From assembly GCA_964016885.1 (NCBI GenBank), contig OZ024740.1:284456001-284520000 (forward strand): a DNA stretch of 64,000 nt, written 5' to 3'. This DNA comes from Eledone cirrhosa. Taxonomy: Eukaryota. This document shows, piece by piece, positions 25,435 through 40,140 of this stretch. Positions within the stretch are counted from its first letter, which is position 1. Each line of letters begins with the position of its first letter. The translations under genes were made by a program, and so were the position numbers. The notes beneath the pieces were generated by a model, which saw only the letters and a program-made list of their open reading frames with translations, searched no databases and was not told where the DNA came from.

Positions 25435-25678
25435 CATATTATATTATTTATGGAACAAAAGCCCTATTAAGCTTTCAAGGCTCAATATTGACCATATCTC
25501 CAGATTGTAAGAGGGATCAAATTTGTGACCTAGTCTTGAGGCTCTTAGATGAGTTTGAAGACTAGGGCACAATTTTGATTCCTCTTACAATCTGAAGCTA
25601 TGGTCAATATTGAGCCTTGAAACCTACCTTAGATAGTGCTTTTGTTTCGTGTATGAACATAAATAAATAATATAATAT
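25435..25678. repeat. Diverged palindrome with hammerhead-like remnant, just 3' of the synaptotagmin stop codon
   Basis: TTTCAAGGCTCAATATTGACCATA..CAGATTGTAAGAGG..CCTAGTCTT / AAGACTAGG..CCTCTTACAATCTG..TATGGTCAATATTGAGCCTTGAAA; between (TA)n tracts. Confidence 0.78.
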
Positions 25679-25709
25679 ATATATATACACTTACACATAC
25701 CCATGTAAT

Positions 25710-26023
25710 TTAGCCTTTTATTTTATACCAGGTACCAATTTCTTTCCGTGAATGTCTCGCCATTTGTTCCCAATGATATTTAGATTTATAATCAAATTGA
25801 GACCCTATATAGATACGTCCAATTAAATAACCAGATTTCTCTTCTTTTGTATTATGATGTAGAACTGAGATGAGAAAATAAATCTTTTCAAGTTGGTTGT
25901 TAGGAACATCAAATAGGTAAGTCTCATTGAAAACTGGGTTGGCATTTGTTGCGCTTCTTAATGAAGTTTTTCCTTTCTTCAATGCTCTTCCATCACTCAT
26001 CAATGCAATACGAACATACGCAT
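25710..26023 (-). CDS. Synaptotagmin-family protein, coding exon 5 (C2B C-terminal part and stop)
   Basis: Acceptor ttttcAG, phase 1; (D)AYVRIALMSDGRALKKGKTSLR...NPVFNETYLFDVP...IGRIYIG...HWEQM...GTWYKIKG*. Confidence 0.93.
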
Positions 26024-26640
26024 CTGAAAATATAGCAATAAAAATAATAATTTTTTTTTTTTTTCAAATATTGCAATAAATATTTAACCCTTTAGTATTT
26101 ATATTACTCTATATATAGTATTATGTTTTCACAATAAAGGTTTTTCCTCTCATAATTATCTCACATAATATTGAATCTATGAGATTTTGATATTATTTAT
26201 TTTGAGAACAATGCCTTAATATCTATATGAGTGGCCAGTTACAGCCTGTTTGAACAGAAAGAATTCAGGTGTTTGAATAGGTGAGAGAATTCTGGCCGGA
26301 TATGGCCGGTTTAAATGCTAAATGTTTTTGTTTAATTTTTTTAAATAGTAACTCTATTTGAAATGCTTTTTAAGAAATTGGTTTCCAACTGAAATCTACA
26401 AGGGTCGGCTGAAAAGTTCATAAGCTGACTATGAAGGATTGATGCCAGAGCTGGGAAATCTTTTTATTGATAACTGTATTGTTTCTTTCCAGGGACTATG
26501 TAGAAAAACAAACCTCATTTTTTCATTCCATGAGAGTATCTTGGTCAGCTTATGAATTTTTCACTCGACCTTTGTATATACCTACACACACACACATACA
26601 CACGCACATACATACATACACATATTGGGGCTGTATAAAT

Positions 26641-27176
26641 CCGGGGTCAGCAAACTATTTTGGTGGTGAGCCAGATTGAAAATGTTTTTTTATGCCATGC
26701 AGGCCAAGGCAAATATAAAATAAAACTATGATTATAAAAAAAATAGAATGGAAAAAGCCTGCTTTTAATTACTTTAGTGTTTTTCATTATAAGCATTTAA
26801 CATGGAGTAGTAAAATAATCAGGGTTTTTTGTTTGTTTGTTTTTTTTTGTTTTATTTGGGAGGGGGGGGGGTCAATAAGATAGACACTTTTTGTTCTATT
26901 CATTTAGGGGAGTGATAATATTTACTCTTTAAAATCTCACACCTTGGCAAACTTTTATTTTTACCAAAATCAAGGGATCCTACTTATTTTGTGTTGATGT
27001 AAACATTGATTAATTTAATATCACAGCAAAAAAATAAGACATTTTTTATACTGAATTTTATTGTTAGCTAACCGAAGACCAATAAGGAAAACAAAGGCTT
27101 TTTTAATGTAATGTCACATATTCAATGAAGTCTATAGGCCAGTTTTAGCTTACAGGCCAAAATTTGCCAACTTCTG
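26641..27176. mobile_element. Possible hAT-type non-autonomous element
   Basis: Ends CCGGGGTCAGCAAACT ... AATTTGCCAACTTCTG resemble hAT TIRs with GGCC subterminal motifs; no clear 8-bp TSD. Confidence 0.45.
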
Positions 27177-28110
27177 TTCTAGGCAATAATCCAAATCTGT
27201 TTATCCTTTAACGCCAGATGACATTTCTTCTCTCTCCAATGAAGCATTATGACCAAAACATTCAACTTCTTTTCTTTCTCCTGATATAAAATCTATTCCA
27301 TCTATTTCAAGTGTTTGTATTACTTGTTACAAACACAAAAGCTTCATTAGGTTCTACTGCCTTACTATGGGCAATAACATCTGCTAGATTATAGTATCTT
27401 TTTCCAGAATATAGAGAATACATTTTCAGTGAGATGTGTCAATTATTTGAAGCAATCTTGAAGATGTTGATGCAAACTCTCACATTTTCATACTTGACTC
27501 TTTTGTAAATTATAAAAAGGAACTGATTGAGAGGATAGCTTTAGACACATACAATATTATTCTAATCTTACTCCCCCTCATCTTTCAAGATTTTGGAATT
27601 CCAGAATATTTGGCTGTTCTCATCTTTCATTTGCCAAGGAGCTGGAGAATTAAAATACACAGTATTTTTGCATCTTTCTCTTTTTTCCTTGATGAATCTT
27701 GAGTTTTAGAATATGTAGCTATTCTCATCTTTCACTTTGCTAAGCAACTGAAGAATTGAGAAAAATAACTTTGAATGTTCTCAAATATTGCTATTTTACC
27801 AGCAAGTGAATCAGAAGGCATAGTAAGCGATATTTAAGACAATATTTTGTAAGAAATTCATAGTATGGCTTTAGTATCTCCCATTTCCATGAGATACATT
27901 TCCAGGAATTTGCCCTGTTGTTCAGGTACTTTGGTTTACATTTTTAGTAATGAATTTTGGGAAAATGTAGATTCTGTATTTATTAAAATTATTCTATCTC
28001 TGTTTCAAGCAAACCTAATAATATATTCCTATAGAGAACAAATCTATAGAAGTTTTCATTTACATACATACATGCATACCTCTCTCTGTATATATGTGTG
28101 TGTGTGTGTG

Positions 28111-28145
<35 letters not shown>

Positions 28146-28239
28146 ATTTGTAGTAAGGTTGCTTAGATGCATCCATAGGCAGTATATATATACACACACA
28201 CATATATTTAAAAGTGCATGTGTATGTGCATGAATGTGC

Positions 28240-28275
<36 letters not shown>

Positions 28276-29752
28276 GGTCTCTATTTTTCTGTACTATTTT
28301 ATGTGGTTTGTCACAGTCTTTTTAATGACTCATCATCATCATCATCATCACTGTTTTACGTCCGTTCTTCCACGCTAGCATGGGTTAGAAGGGTTGTCCT
28401 GTTGTGGGCAGTGTCTGGTCGGCTGACCATGCCTTGCTCATACAGGAACGGATTTGGCTTGATTACTACAGCTGGATGCCCTTCCTAACACCAACCTCAT
28501 TTATAGTGAGTGCTGGGTGCTTTTTCGTGGCGCCTACACGTCCACTTTACAGTGTGGGCTGGGTGCTTTTTTGCCGTGGCACCTCCACGACCACCTTGTG
28601 GTGGGGGGTGTGGGGGCATATTGTCTATATGCTTCAGCTTGTACCCATGGGAGGTCGGAGGACTATATATATTAAGATAAAGAGGTTACTGATCTTTTTC
28701 CTTTGTCTCTAAATGCAAACCCACTAATGATGTCACAATAAAATGAACCCTGTACACTCTGTAAAGTTACTGAACTGAGACTATATAAGGTTGAAAGAGC
28801 CCCTTTAATCCTGTTGAAAATATAACCTCTCTAAAGCTATGATAGAATGCACCAAGTCCATTCTGTAAAGCAGTAGTGATGGAACCACAATAAAATGTAC
28901 CTAGTCCATGCTGTAAAAAAGTAGTGCTGGTGCCTGGATAAAAAGACTCAGTAGACTCTGTAAAGTGGTTGGTGATACTTTCTGACACATCCAACCAAAG
29001 AAATCATGTAAAAAATGGAAAGTACAAGAGAAAAGAAATTCTCCAATACATTCAGTCTTATTTAAAAGATTATTTAAAGGATGGAGATGTTGTGTATGAC
29101 TGCAGCATCGAACCGCAGACTACGCTGCACCTTCTGATATTCCCCCTGTTGGAGCACCCCTGCACAGCATTGGACTTGGCAGAGTTTAATGAGAAAGGAC
29201 AGCTGTGATGGAACCACATTTAGCCAAGCTCTGTAACTGAGAATCTTGTGGACACGGTAAGAAGAGTCTCAAACCACAGCAAACCATCCAACAACATACA
29301 GATAATGAGGAGGAGGATGATAACACTTGCAAAGGAATCATTCGGCCAGGTGGTGATGTTAAACTGGGTAATGGGTGAAGTCTATCACACAACAACCAGA
29401 TCAGTCCTTCTAACAGATTTCCACACAGTTTTTGTCTACCAACTCCCAAGGACAATTTGCCTGACCCCGGTCTATGGTAGAAGACACTTGCCTAAGATGC
29501 TGCACTGTGAAATCAAAACTACTGCTGCTTCTTGTCTAAAACTAGAACGTCAGTAATTTCTTTTCTGGCAGTGGTTTACATTATGTGTTTAATGAGCCAT
29601 AATCTTTAAATATTTTTTAGATGATTAATAGCAGCATACTTTGAAAACCTTACTAACTGATGCTTGATCTCATTACTAGGGTGAGATCACAGATAAAACA
29701 ATGACAATTAAGTTAAGTTGATGTATATTTATATATTGTGTGTGGGTGTAAA

Positions 29753-29805
<53 letters not shown>

Positions 29806-29823
29806 ATAATATATATGTATATA

Positions 29824-29854
<31 letters not shown>

Positions 29855-32307
29855 TTAATTAGCAGTAGCACTAAGACAGCATTTAAGCATAGTGGAGATG
29901 TTTATGAAGATATATATATATATATATATATATAATACGTTTACATACAATAGATGTTTCAAAGAGATAGTTTTCTTTAGCAGCGAGACTACCCATATGT
30001 TAATTGTATATAAACATTTTATATATGTTTTCATATACACCTCTCTCTACATATATATATATGTGTGTGTGTGTGTGTGTACACCTTATCCAATGTGTAA
30101 TTATGTACATTCATGTGTGTGTGTGTGCGTGTGTGTGTGTGTGCGTAAGAGTGAGTGTACCTAGTATTAATACATATATTTATAGTTTCATATTAGTATT
30201 CCTCCTGGTTCCACCAGACCTTCAGGTGTATCGGTGTATACATATATAAAAATATGTGTAGGTGTTTGGAATGTACGTGTATGAACATCTAGTGATTTAA
30301 ATGTGTGTGTAAGTAATTATATACAAATTTATGTGTGTGTGTGTGTGTGCTGTAAGTTAATTTCTATGACTATGAACATGTATATGTGTATATGTGTCTG
30401 ATACAGTATGTATACAGATATGTGCTGAACTATAGTGAAGTCTACTGACAGGTAGATTCAAATTAAAGGAAATGAATCCTTAAGTAAAAGTTACATCAAT
30501 ATTGTCTTGGCATTGACACAAAGTACATGATTAAAGCCAGACCTAAATCATATTTGTAATTACCATTCATTAAGGCATATCAGCAATTCTTTAAACAAAT
30601 GAAACAAAATTGTTTACAAGAATTATGCAAGATGGACAGAGAAACTAAAATATAATTCTGATCTGGAACAGTGAAATTTGTTGGTGAGAAAATAAAACTA
30701 ATAATTGTTTCTACTTTTGGCACAAAGCCAGCAATTATCTCACAGCCCGTAAGGATGAAAGGCAAAGTTAACCTCGACAGGTTTTGAACGTAAAGGGACA
30801 TAACTCTATGCCGCAAAGCATGGTGTCTGACACTAAAATTAATAATTGTTTCTACTTTAGGCACAAGGCCAGCAATTAACAGTACATTACTGGTACTTTA
30901 TTTTATCGACCCCCGTAAGGATGAAAGGCAAAGTCAACCTCGGCGGGATTTGAACTCAGATCATAAACGACGTAACGACACTAATTTAGGTACAAGGTCA
31001 ACACTGATTTAGGTACAAGGTCAACACTGATTTAGGTACAAGGTCAACAATTTTTGGGGAGAAGAAAGTCGATTAAATCGACTCCAGTGCATTACTGGTA
31101 CTTTATTTTATCGAATCCGTAAAGGTGAAAGGCAAAGCAAACCTTGGTTGGATTTGAACTCAGAACGTAAAGAGCCGTAACTCTATGCTGCAAAGCATGG
31201 CATCCGACCCTCTACCGATACTGCCAATCCACTGCCTCACTCTAATAATAATAGATATGTCTGTTATTAAAGATACATAAGAAAATGAGCTTTGTTAATT
31301 CAAATGTTTATAGTATATTTTTACTAAGTTATTACAGGGTATTAAGAGTGAAAGCCAGTAGATTGTTGAGTAGAATACATTACATTCTGCTACCATTGAA
31401 AACTAGGTTTATAATTGTTTCTACTTTTGGCACAAGGCCAGCAATTATATCAGTTTATTACTGGTACTTTATTTTATCGACCCCATAAGGATGAAAGGCA
31501 AAGTTAACTTTGGCAGGATTTGAACTCAGACCGTAAAGGGCCGTAACTCTATGCTGTTCAGCTTGGCATCCGACCCTCCACCGATACTGCCAATCCACTA
31601 GGTTAATAATAAAAATAAAACGTAAGCATAATCTTATTAACAACAAATCAACTCAGTCATTTAGACATCTCTGTATTTTTTTTTGTTTTGCTTTCTTGTT
31701 TCAATATATTTTTTTTTTTTTGCTACTTCCCTGAATAAAGTTACTGCTAAGTATTATATTATAAATACATTACTGCATATTTCTATCAATTAGCCGAGTA
31801 ATTAATTATCTTACAACTTACAATAACTGATTACAAAGAAACATGACCTTCAGAATACACAAAAGGTATAGCACCAATAATAAGAGTTGCCACCATTGAC
31901 ATACGATTAGTTAAGTTACTTATGTATATCTAGCTACATTGGATCATCATTATATGTCAGTACAATAGCCAAGTTAATATGATATTGATCTAATTTCAGC
32001 TCATACATTTTGTGTTTAAATCTACTACAGACATTCCACTGTGAATTTGAGCAGTACATTTAAATTTATGTTCTCCAGAGATCATCTACTGAGTGAAAAT
32101 AGACACCGGATCATTTGAAGTAGTGGCTAAATGTTCATCATCACAGTGTTAATTAACTCAATGGTCATCATCATCCTTATCCTCCCCCTCCGCATCCTCA
32201 TCATCATTATCATCATCATCATCTGCATCTCTGCCATTGTAATCAACACTGTCATCACTTCCACCACTAGGTTTTGTTATCCAATGCTAATTCATCAAAG
32301 AAATACT

Positions 32308-33035
32308 GCCTTTAATGGCATATCTTTAATAGTATGCCTTTAATGGCATATCTTTAATAGTATGCTTTAATGGCATATCTTTAATAGTATGCCTTTAATG
32401 GCATACCTTTAATGGTGTGTTTCTAATCACTCAGACTCAGAAGCTCCCGCGTCTTGCGTTCGGTCAGCAGCCAGTTGCACAGCGTCCCGCCATTGTCTGT
32501 TTGTCACTCACAGGTCCCTCTCAACTGTCTGGCGGCAGTTCATTTTGGGTCGCCCTCTCCATCTGCTTCCCTGCGGGCTCCATTTAAGTACTTGGTGCGC
32601 CAGTCTCTCCGAGGGAAGTCTCAAAGCATGTCCAAACCAGCCCAGGTGTCACTTGCAGATGGTAGAAGAGACTAGCTGCTGGTTGGTGCGTTGGTGTGTT
32701 TCTAATGGTGCATTTTTAATAGTCTGCCTTTAATTGTGTATTTCTAATAGATATCTTTAATAGTATGCCTTTAATAGCATACCTTTAATGGTGTATTTCT
32801 AATGGCATATCTCTAATTGTGTATCTTTAATGGTGTTTCTAATGGCATATCTTTAATAGTATGCTTTTAATGGTGTGTCTTTAATGGTGTATTTCTAATG
32901 GCATATATTTAATAACATGCCTTTAATGGTGTACCTTTAATGGTGTATTTTTAATTAAGTCTCTTTAACAGTTTATTAGTCATAGTGCTTCTCTAATGAT
33001 GTCTCTCTAATGCTGTATCACTGATGGTGTATCCC
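32308..33035. repeat. AT-rich minisatellite (about 14-15-bp units, e.g. TTTAATGGCATATC / TTTAATAGTATGCC)
   Basis: Dozens of TAAT-anchored units, interrupted at about 32428-32690 by an RTE fragment. Confidence 0.85.
32428..32690 (-). mobile_element. RTE 3' fragment inserted in the minisatellite
   Basis: Minus strand reads HLGWFGHALRLPSERLAHQVLKWSPQGSRWRGRPK...TVERDL. Confidence 0.8.
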
Positions 33036-33197
33036 TAATACTGTGCCATATAAGGGGAAACAATTCAGGAAATGTCTGTGTCTGTGTGTGTGAGTGAATG
33101 TGTGAGTGAATTTGTGTGTGTGTGTGTCTGAGTGAGTGCGTGTGTGTAAGAGAACTTTTTAGAATCTAATAATATCACAGAGCACTGTGTTTGTTAC

Positions 33198-33315
33198 CTG
33201 TACAATTTGTCTGTTTATCTAACACCGGTAAACCAGATAGCTGTGTTAACTTCAAGTATAATTTTTCAGCTGTTGGTAAATAAGTCAGACATATGTATGC
33301 CTCACCAAGGGAATC
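33198..33315 (-). CDS. Synaptotagmin-family protein, coding exon 4 (C2B start)
   Basis: Acceptor ttttaacAG, donor GTAACA; DSLGEAYICLTYLPTAEKLYLKLTQLSGLPVLDKQTNCT matches the LGE....L.YLPTA.KL motif; phases 0/1 fit the neighbours; absent from the ORF track. Confidence 0.92.
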
Positions 33316-33365
33316 CTGTTAAAAGAAAATTGCTTTTATACAATACATAGGATAAAGTATTGTTT

Positions 33366-33402
<37 letters not shown>

Positions 33403-34056
33403 AGCGTGTGTGTGTGAGAAAGAAAGAGATAGGGGAGGAGAGAATGAAGGAGTCAGTTTAAGTGTGAGGGAGTAAGAGTGACAAAAAAAAAAGTAAGAGA
33501 GAGAGAGAGAGAGGAAATGTCAGTGTAAAACTAAGCGTAGTAGATGAAAAGATTATGTAATAAGGTAGGAAGTGGGGTTGTTATGGAGCAGACTTGCACA
33601 ACATGAGATGCTGTGATTGACAACATATTATTATTCTTTCTTGCATCTGGATTCTCATTATGAAAAATAGAACATTTGATATATAAAGAAAGGGCTTACA
33701 CGCAAAAAAAAAACTGCTTGATTCAATATCACAGTAAATTCTGGCTGGTTTATGAATATTATTTTATAACCAACATCTGAGTTCAAATCCCGCCGAGGTT
33801 GACTTTGCCTTTCATCCTTACGGGGTCGATAAAATAAAGTACCAGTAATGCACTGGATAATTGCTGGCCTTGTGCCTAAAGTAGAAACAATTATTTTATA
33901 ACCAACAATATTTGTTAGTGAATATTATGTAGAGGTGCTGTTGAACTCTACCAACCACCACCACAACCTTCCCAGGAATAGGTGGGAGTAGTAGTAGTAG
34001 TGGTAGTAGCACTAGTGGTAACAGCAGCAGCAGCAGAAGCAGCAGCAGCAGTATTG

Positions 34057-34091
<35 letters not shown>

Positions 34092-37000
34092 CAATGAATA
34101 TATTATGTCATAAATATCTAACTCCTTCTCCCTCTTGTCGTATGTGTCATGTAGGGCTTTTCTAATCCTATATTTTTAACAGAAATCCTTTAGCTTCTCT
34201 ATTCTCCTCTTCCAAATGTTCTTGTGCTTGTTATTCCATGTTGTGCTTATTCTGATGTCACAAAAATTAACTTATGTTGTGTGGTGCAATCTTCACAGGA
34301 GATGGCCTTAGTCTTCATAAACCCCTGACTAACCCAACTTCTCACAAGTAAAAAGTCAATCTGGCTTGCTAGGTGATTGGTAGGTGATCAGGTAGCTAGC
34401 CAGTTTACTGAAATTACTAGCCAGTTTACTGAATTTACAAAATTCTAGGAGCCTTGCTCCCTTTTCACTTCTCTCACCTTAACCATAGCCACCATGTACA
34501 GTGGCCGCCGACCTCATGGACCACTAAATTCCTAATTTTAAATCCCGTGGGCCACAAATATGAATTTTTTTTTAAAAGATAAATATATTTAAATTTTTCT
34601 GCGGACCACCAAACATAGATATAAAAGTTAAGGACTGAAACACTTGCTTAAGGCGGGTTTCTTCTCTGAAGACTTTCTGTTGTTCTCCTGAGAGTTTCTT
34701 ATCAACACTAATCTTTCTCCAATGTATATATCATCATCATCATCATCGTTTAACGTCCATGTTCCACGCTTGCATGGGTTTGGACGGGAGTTTTCCCACT
34801 TGAGGCAACAGTGGTTGTCTTGCTCGCATAGGACTGTCTGGCGGGTTTTCTACAGCTGGATGCCCTTCCTAACACCAACCACATTTACAGTGTGGGGCTG
34901 GGAGGTTTTTACCGTGTTGCCTACGCGACCACATTTATGTAAGATGTAAACATCAAAACCAATAAACATGTGCTTTCAAACAAAACTACTTCATGGTATT
35001 TGTTCCAAATGGTTTGCACAGATACTTCCTTATAATTTACACCACTCACACATGATTACAGGTTTGATTCAAATGTGTGGAACTTTGGATAAATAAATTC
35101 TTGCATAGCTTCAGGACAACCAAAGATTTATTATTTAAATTGGGTACATAGAACTGTGTAGAAGCTCCTCAATGGACAGTGTCTGTTTTGGAATAGTAAA
35201 CTTCACCTGTCGTCAGGTTAATCATTATCACCTGGCCTTTAGATACCTTTGGTAGAATCCACTCTGTTGTAATCATTCAGACCAATTCTCTGATCTGATG
35301 ATAACCCATCAATCAAGGCTTCTTCCTATGTTTCTTCTCTGAAGAAGCTACAAAGGGTCGTGGGCTCTGTCCATTTTCTTCTAATTAAGTCATGAAATTT
35401 TTTTATAATCATTCAACCCAAAGTAGATAAATTTCTCAGTAAGCACATGTCACTATAAAGTAAGTCAGTTTTTGTTCTCCTGTGTACCTTGACAGATGGT
35501 GGATGATACAAAATCCTTCCAAATTTGGTGATGTCTATTTACCATTTTTATTTTGCATACTGATGTATAATATTATCTCATGTACTCTCTCCTCATGAGA
35601 TTGTGTCAACGTTTTTTCATCTTATGTTTTTATATTTTGCATTAAACATCTAAGCTCAAACCTACATGATGAGAATACTGTTCATATTAGGGATTTCACA
35701 ATCTTCAGTTTCGGACTTCTTGTTGAGCTTATTTATATATCACTAAAAAGGATGAGATAGGAGAAGCTGTTCAATGACTTTTTCATACTGTTAGTGTCAT
35801 ATTGCTTTCATTAAAAATTGCTGGTTTTCACATTAAAATAATATTAAATATTAAATAATGGATCATAATTAAAAGATTTTTAATTTTATTTTTGTACTTT
35901 GATTCTCTGCTGTTTTCTAAACCATTTTTCATCCTCCTCCATTATACAAACACTGTAGTTTAGTTTATTGTTAATAAATATAATATTTATAAGACTGTTT
36001 GTAGTTACTTGTGTAAATATATCAATTAATAAATATATACACTATGTATACACAATGTACAGTTGTATATCTATTTATGTCTTAGTATACTGCACTAAGT
36101 GTGTACATGTACATAAATACACACATACTAAATGCAGGCATACATTCCAGCATGCACAACAGATACACACATAAATAGTATATATATACTCATACATGTA
36201 ACATGTAAATAAGGCAATGCTTAAACCCTAATATGCTGCTAAATGTTGCTTGCTTCAAGGATATCTGATATACAAAGAATTTATCAGTATTCATGACATT
36301 ATTTATTTATTTATCTATCTATTTATTTATTTATTTAATCATCAAATCTGATAAAATATAATACGTATGTCTTAAAATCAACTCCTGCAGCTAATTCTAT
36401 TGAAAATGAACAATTGCTGGCAAATGGTGAAGCAAGGAATGCTATTGGTAATCTGGTGCAATGTACAAAGTAAAACACTAATAAAAATGCTATATATAGT
36501 TCTGAATGTAACAAAATTGGATCATGAAGACTCCCAGGAAATTACCTACAGGTGGCGGTAGATGGGGGTGAAATTTGTCTGGTTCAGTGTAGGTGGTGGA
36601 GGGGAAATAAAATTTTGGCTCATCTTAATAGGTGAGACAACTACAGAGAAAATTTGTTTCCTGAATGAAAGTTAAAAAAAATTGGAAAGGATTATGATGT
36701 AGTTCTTATGCAAGCAATGTAGCCATCCATATAACTGAGTTAGATGTTCTGTTAGACAATGTACGTCATTATAATTAAACTGCTATCTGAATATAAAACA
36801 GAAGCTTCCTATCTTAGAAATATTAACTATTTTTGTTTAATTATTGAGATATTAAGTATTGAGTATCAGACAAAATGCTTTGCATTCTGAGTTAAAATTC
36901 CTCTAAAGTCACCTTTGCATTTCATCCTTCGTTGGTAAATACCATGGTGTTTGACTAGGGGAAATCATTAAGGAATTCGATGTGATGTCTTATGGTATTT

Positions 37001-38074
37001 ATTCCAACTTTTTGCCTTCTGAGTTCAAACCTTGCCTTGGCCTACTTCGGTGGTAGGCATAATTTGTTGCCCAGTTTAACACAACTACCTGGTCCTCAGA
37101 TGCCTAAGTATTTAGGTGAGGTCTCTTGTTTGAAGATACCTACCAATTTCCCTCCTACCAATCTTGAAAATGGTTATGGGCTAGCTATCTGGAATAGAAT
37201 ACCAGATTCATCTGAAATATTGGTGTTCATAATCAATGTTAATACAGTTATGGCGGTGGACCAGGTGATTATGATTGAATTACATTAGGTATTATGATTG
37301 TCTCATTTTTAGAAAAATTAGAATTCCTACTGCAATAGATCAGTGAATCTATGATCGAAACATTCTTTTTCACCAGAAGACAACTTAACTATTTTGTCCA
37401 TAATGGGTTATATGGAGGAAGAGGAGTTATTTCTCATCTACTTCACATTGTAAAAGTTAAACATTGGCTCTTAGAGGTAACTCATTGCTTAGAACACATT
37501 ATTGACTAGTATTATTTTGAAGTTCAAGATTTGACATTTATAAGGTAAAAGAATTTGAGATTGTTCTATGTTCTATGCCTTTCTTAATGGCAAAGTGAAT
37601 CAACTTTGTCTGTGGAGGTGGGTTATTGGCAGTTTATCTCTGTTAATATATTCTCATCTTTTGAACTCAGAACATAAAAGTTACAACTAAATACCACAAG
37701 ACATTTTGTCCGATACTCTTCTTCTAATCCTGCTGGTCCACTAGCCTTTTCAACTCAAATCTGAGTTTAAATCCATCATGGGTGCTACCATTCCTACTCT
37801 GACTAAACTAAACAAAAAAGATGAATTAAATAAAATTAATTCCTCAAATACCCCCCCCCCCCCCCACACACACACACATACACACAAAATTCTTTTAAAT
37901 TAATATTCAATGCAAAATAAGACCATGTGACAGCCTCATTTATTCAGGCTTCTGGTTACCAAAACATGAGGAATATCTGTAAAGTTGTGAATTTCATTGG
38001 AAATTTTTAAAAGCAAAAACTAAATTATTTATAACTATTTTCTTGCTAATCAACCATATTAAATCTTCAGAAGA

Positions 38075-38582
38075 AGTTGAGAGAGCTACTCCCATTGTTA
38101 ACAACAAAAGGTTTCTCCCTAAGTACAAAAGGATGACTGTATGATGCCTGGGTGCTAAATGTGATGCTGCATGGTAGTGAAACATGAACATGACTGCAGA
38201 GGACATGCATGGGCTGGAGAAAAATGAAGCAGCCATGTTACATTGGATTTGGAATGTAAATATGAGAGAAAGGCAGAGCTTGGATGAACTGAGAGAGAAA
38301 CTGGGTTTAAGAAGAATCCAAAGTGGTGTGCAAAAGAGAAGACTGCGCATGGATGATAGTCAGTGGGTGAAGAGGTACCATGTGATCCCAGTGGGGGGAG
38401 GCCATAGTAGAGGTAGACCAAGGAAGACCTGGGCAGAGGTGGTCAAAACTGATCTCAAATTGCTGTGTCTCATAGAAGAGATGACAAAGAATGCAGCAAG
38501 TGGAGAGATGCTGTGCTGAAAAGGACCTGTCTAACCCATGCAAGCATGGAAAAACAGACATAAAACATTGATAGAGATGATG
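38075..38582 (+). mobile_element. RTE LINE 3' fragment
   Basis: LEKNEAAMLHWIWNV...ELREKLGL...GRPRKTWAEVVKTDL, with tail CCCATGCAAGCATGGAAAA. Confidence 0.85.
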
Positions 38583-40140
38583 TTATTAAGTTGGAATTTA
38601 GAAGATAACTTAGTAAAAGGTTCTCACATGAAATGTTGACAAAAGGTTTTAATTTAGATATGAATATTTTTAAATATGAGGCTATATATCATAGAATCAG
38701 AACTTGATCCAGTCTTAGATTTTAATCAAGTATAATAATTTCTCTCAAATGTTTATGCTTATTCATTATGTTTGGTTAACTAGAAATCACTGTCATCGTC
38801 ATTTTTATGTTCCCTTTTCCACATTTGCATAAATAACTAAATCTGCATAGTAAATGTTAATACATCACAAATAAATTAACTGTTAATATTTTACATTGTA
38901 AAATGATATTAAACATTATTTGAGATAGAAACAGTAATAAGCTTACTGACAAGACTCAAGCTCTATATTTATTGAAATCAATTACCTTGTGGAGATAAAA
39001 GTAGCACAGTTAAAAGAAAGAGTTTGCGAGAGGAGAGACAGAGAGAAAGAGAAAGAGAAAAAGGTGGGTGCTCGGTGATGTATTAGATATGTGATTCAAG
39101 TTAAATTCCTGTTAATGACTATATTGTTGTTTTTTTGTTCTTTCTCAAATTGCTGCTCGTAATGCTTCAATGTTAATAGTTATATGAGTACGAGGGTCAG
39201 CTGAGAAGTTCATGGCTGAAAAGGTCATAGGTTGACCAAGATACTCTCATGGAATGACTAAATGAGGTTTATTTGTTCAACATAGTCCCTGGAAAGAAAC
39301 AATGCAGTTATTAATAATTGTTTCTACTTTTGGCACAAGGCCAGCAATTATCCCAATGCATTACTGGTACTTTATTTTATCGACCCCGTTAGGATGAAAG
39401 GCTAAGTTAATCTCGGCGGGATTTGAACTCTGAACGCAAAGGGCCATAACTATATGCTGCAAAACATTGCGTCCGACCCTTGACCGATACTGACAATCCA
39501 CTGTCAGTTATTAATAATAAGAGTTGAAATTTATGTATGCAAGATTTCACAGCTCTAGCATCACTCCTTCATAGTCAGCCTATGAACTTTTCAACTGATC
39601 CTCGCAGACGGGATGATGATGATTGAATCACATTAGTTATGATTGTCCAATTCCTAGGTTCTCAATCTTTTTTGCTCCATACCTCTCCAAGACATTAGGA
39701 TTTTTCAAACGCACCCTCCCATCCTCCCACAATAGCAGTTGTCTAAGCAGGCCAGTCGATATTCATGCATTGCAGCCACAGGCTGACGTTACATATTATT
39801 ATGGCCTGAAATTTTCCCGATGTTACGGTCAAGGTCACGTATTATGGCTGGATATGCAGACAGAAAGCGTGCATACTCTCATACGTCAGCAAGTTTCTTA
39901 GCACTCACATGCATGCAGGCAAAAATCACATGACTCGAAATCACATTTTCACGCAGATCAGCAAATTTTCTCCCTAAATTAAGAATACACATTGTTTCAA
40001 ATACTCCATTAATGGCTACCCAAAATTTCATATGTCCCCGCCCCCTCCCCACAAAAACAATTCCATATGACCCCCAGGGGGGACCCTAGGGCCCCTGTTG
40101 AAAACACTGGTCTAATTGTTAGAAAAATTAGAATTCTTAC

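Noticed and set aside
35335-35405. CTGAAGA...GAAA as a further hammerhead
   Set aside because: Stems could not be formed convincingly; may be chance or too eroded.
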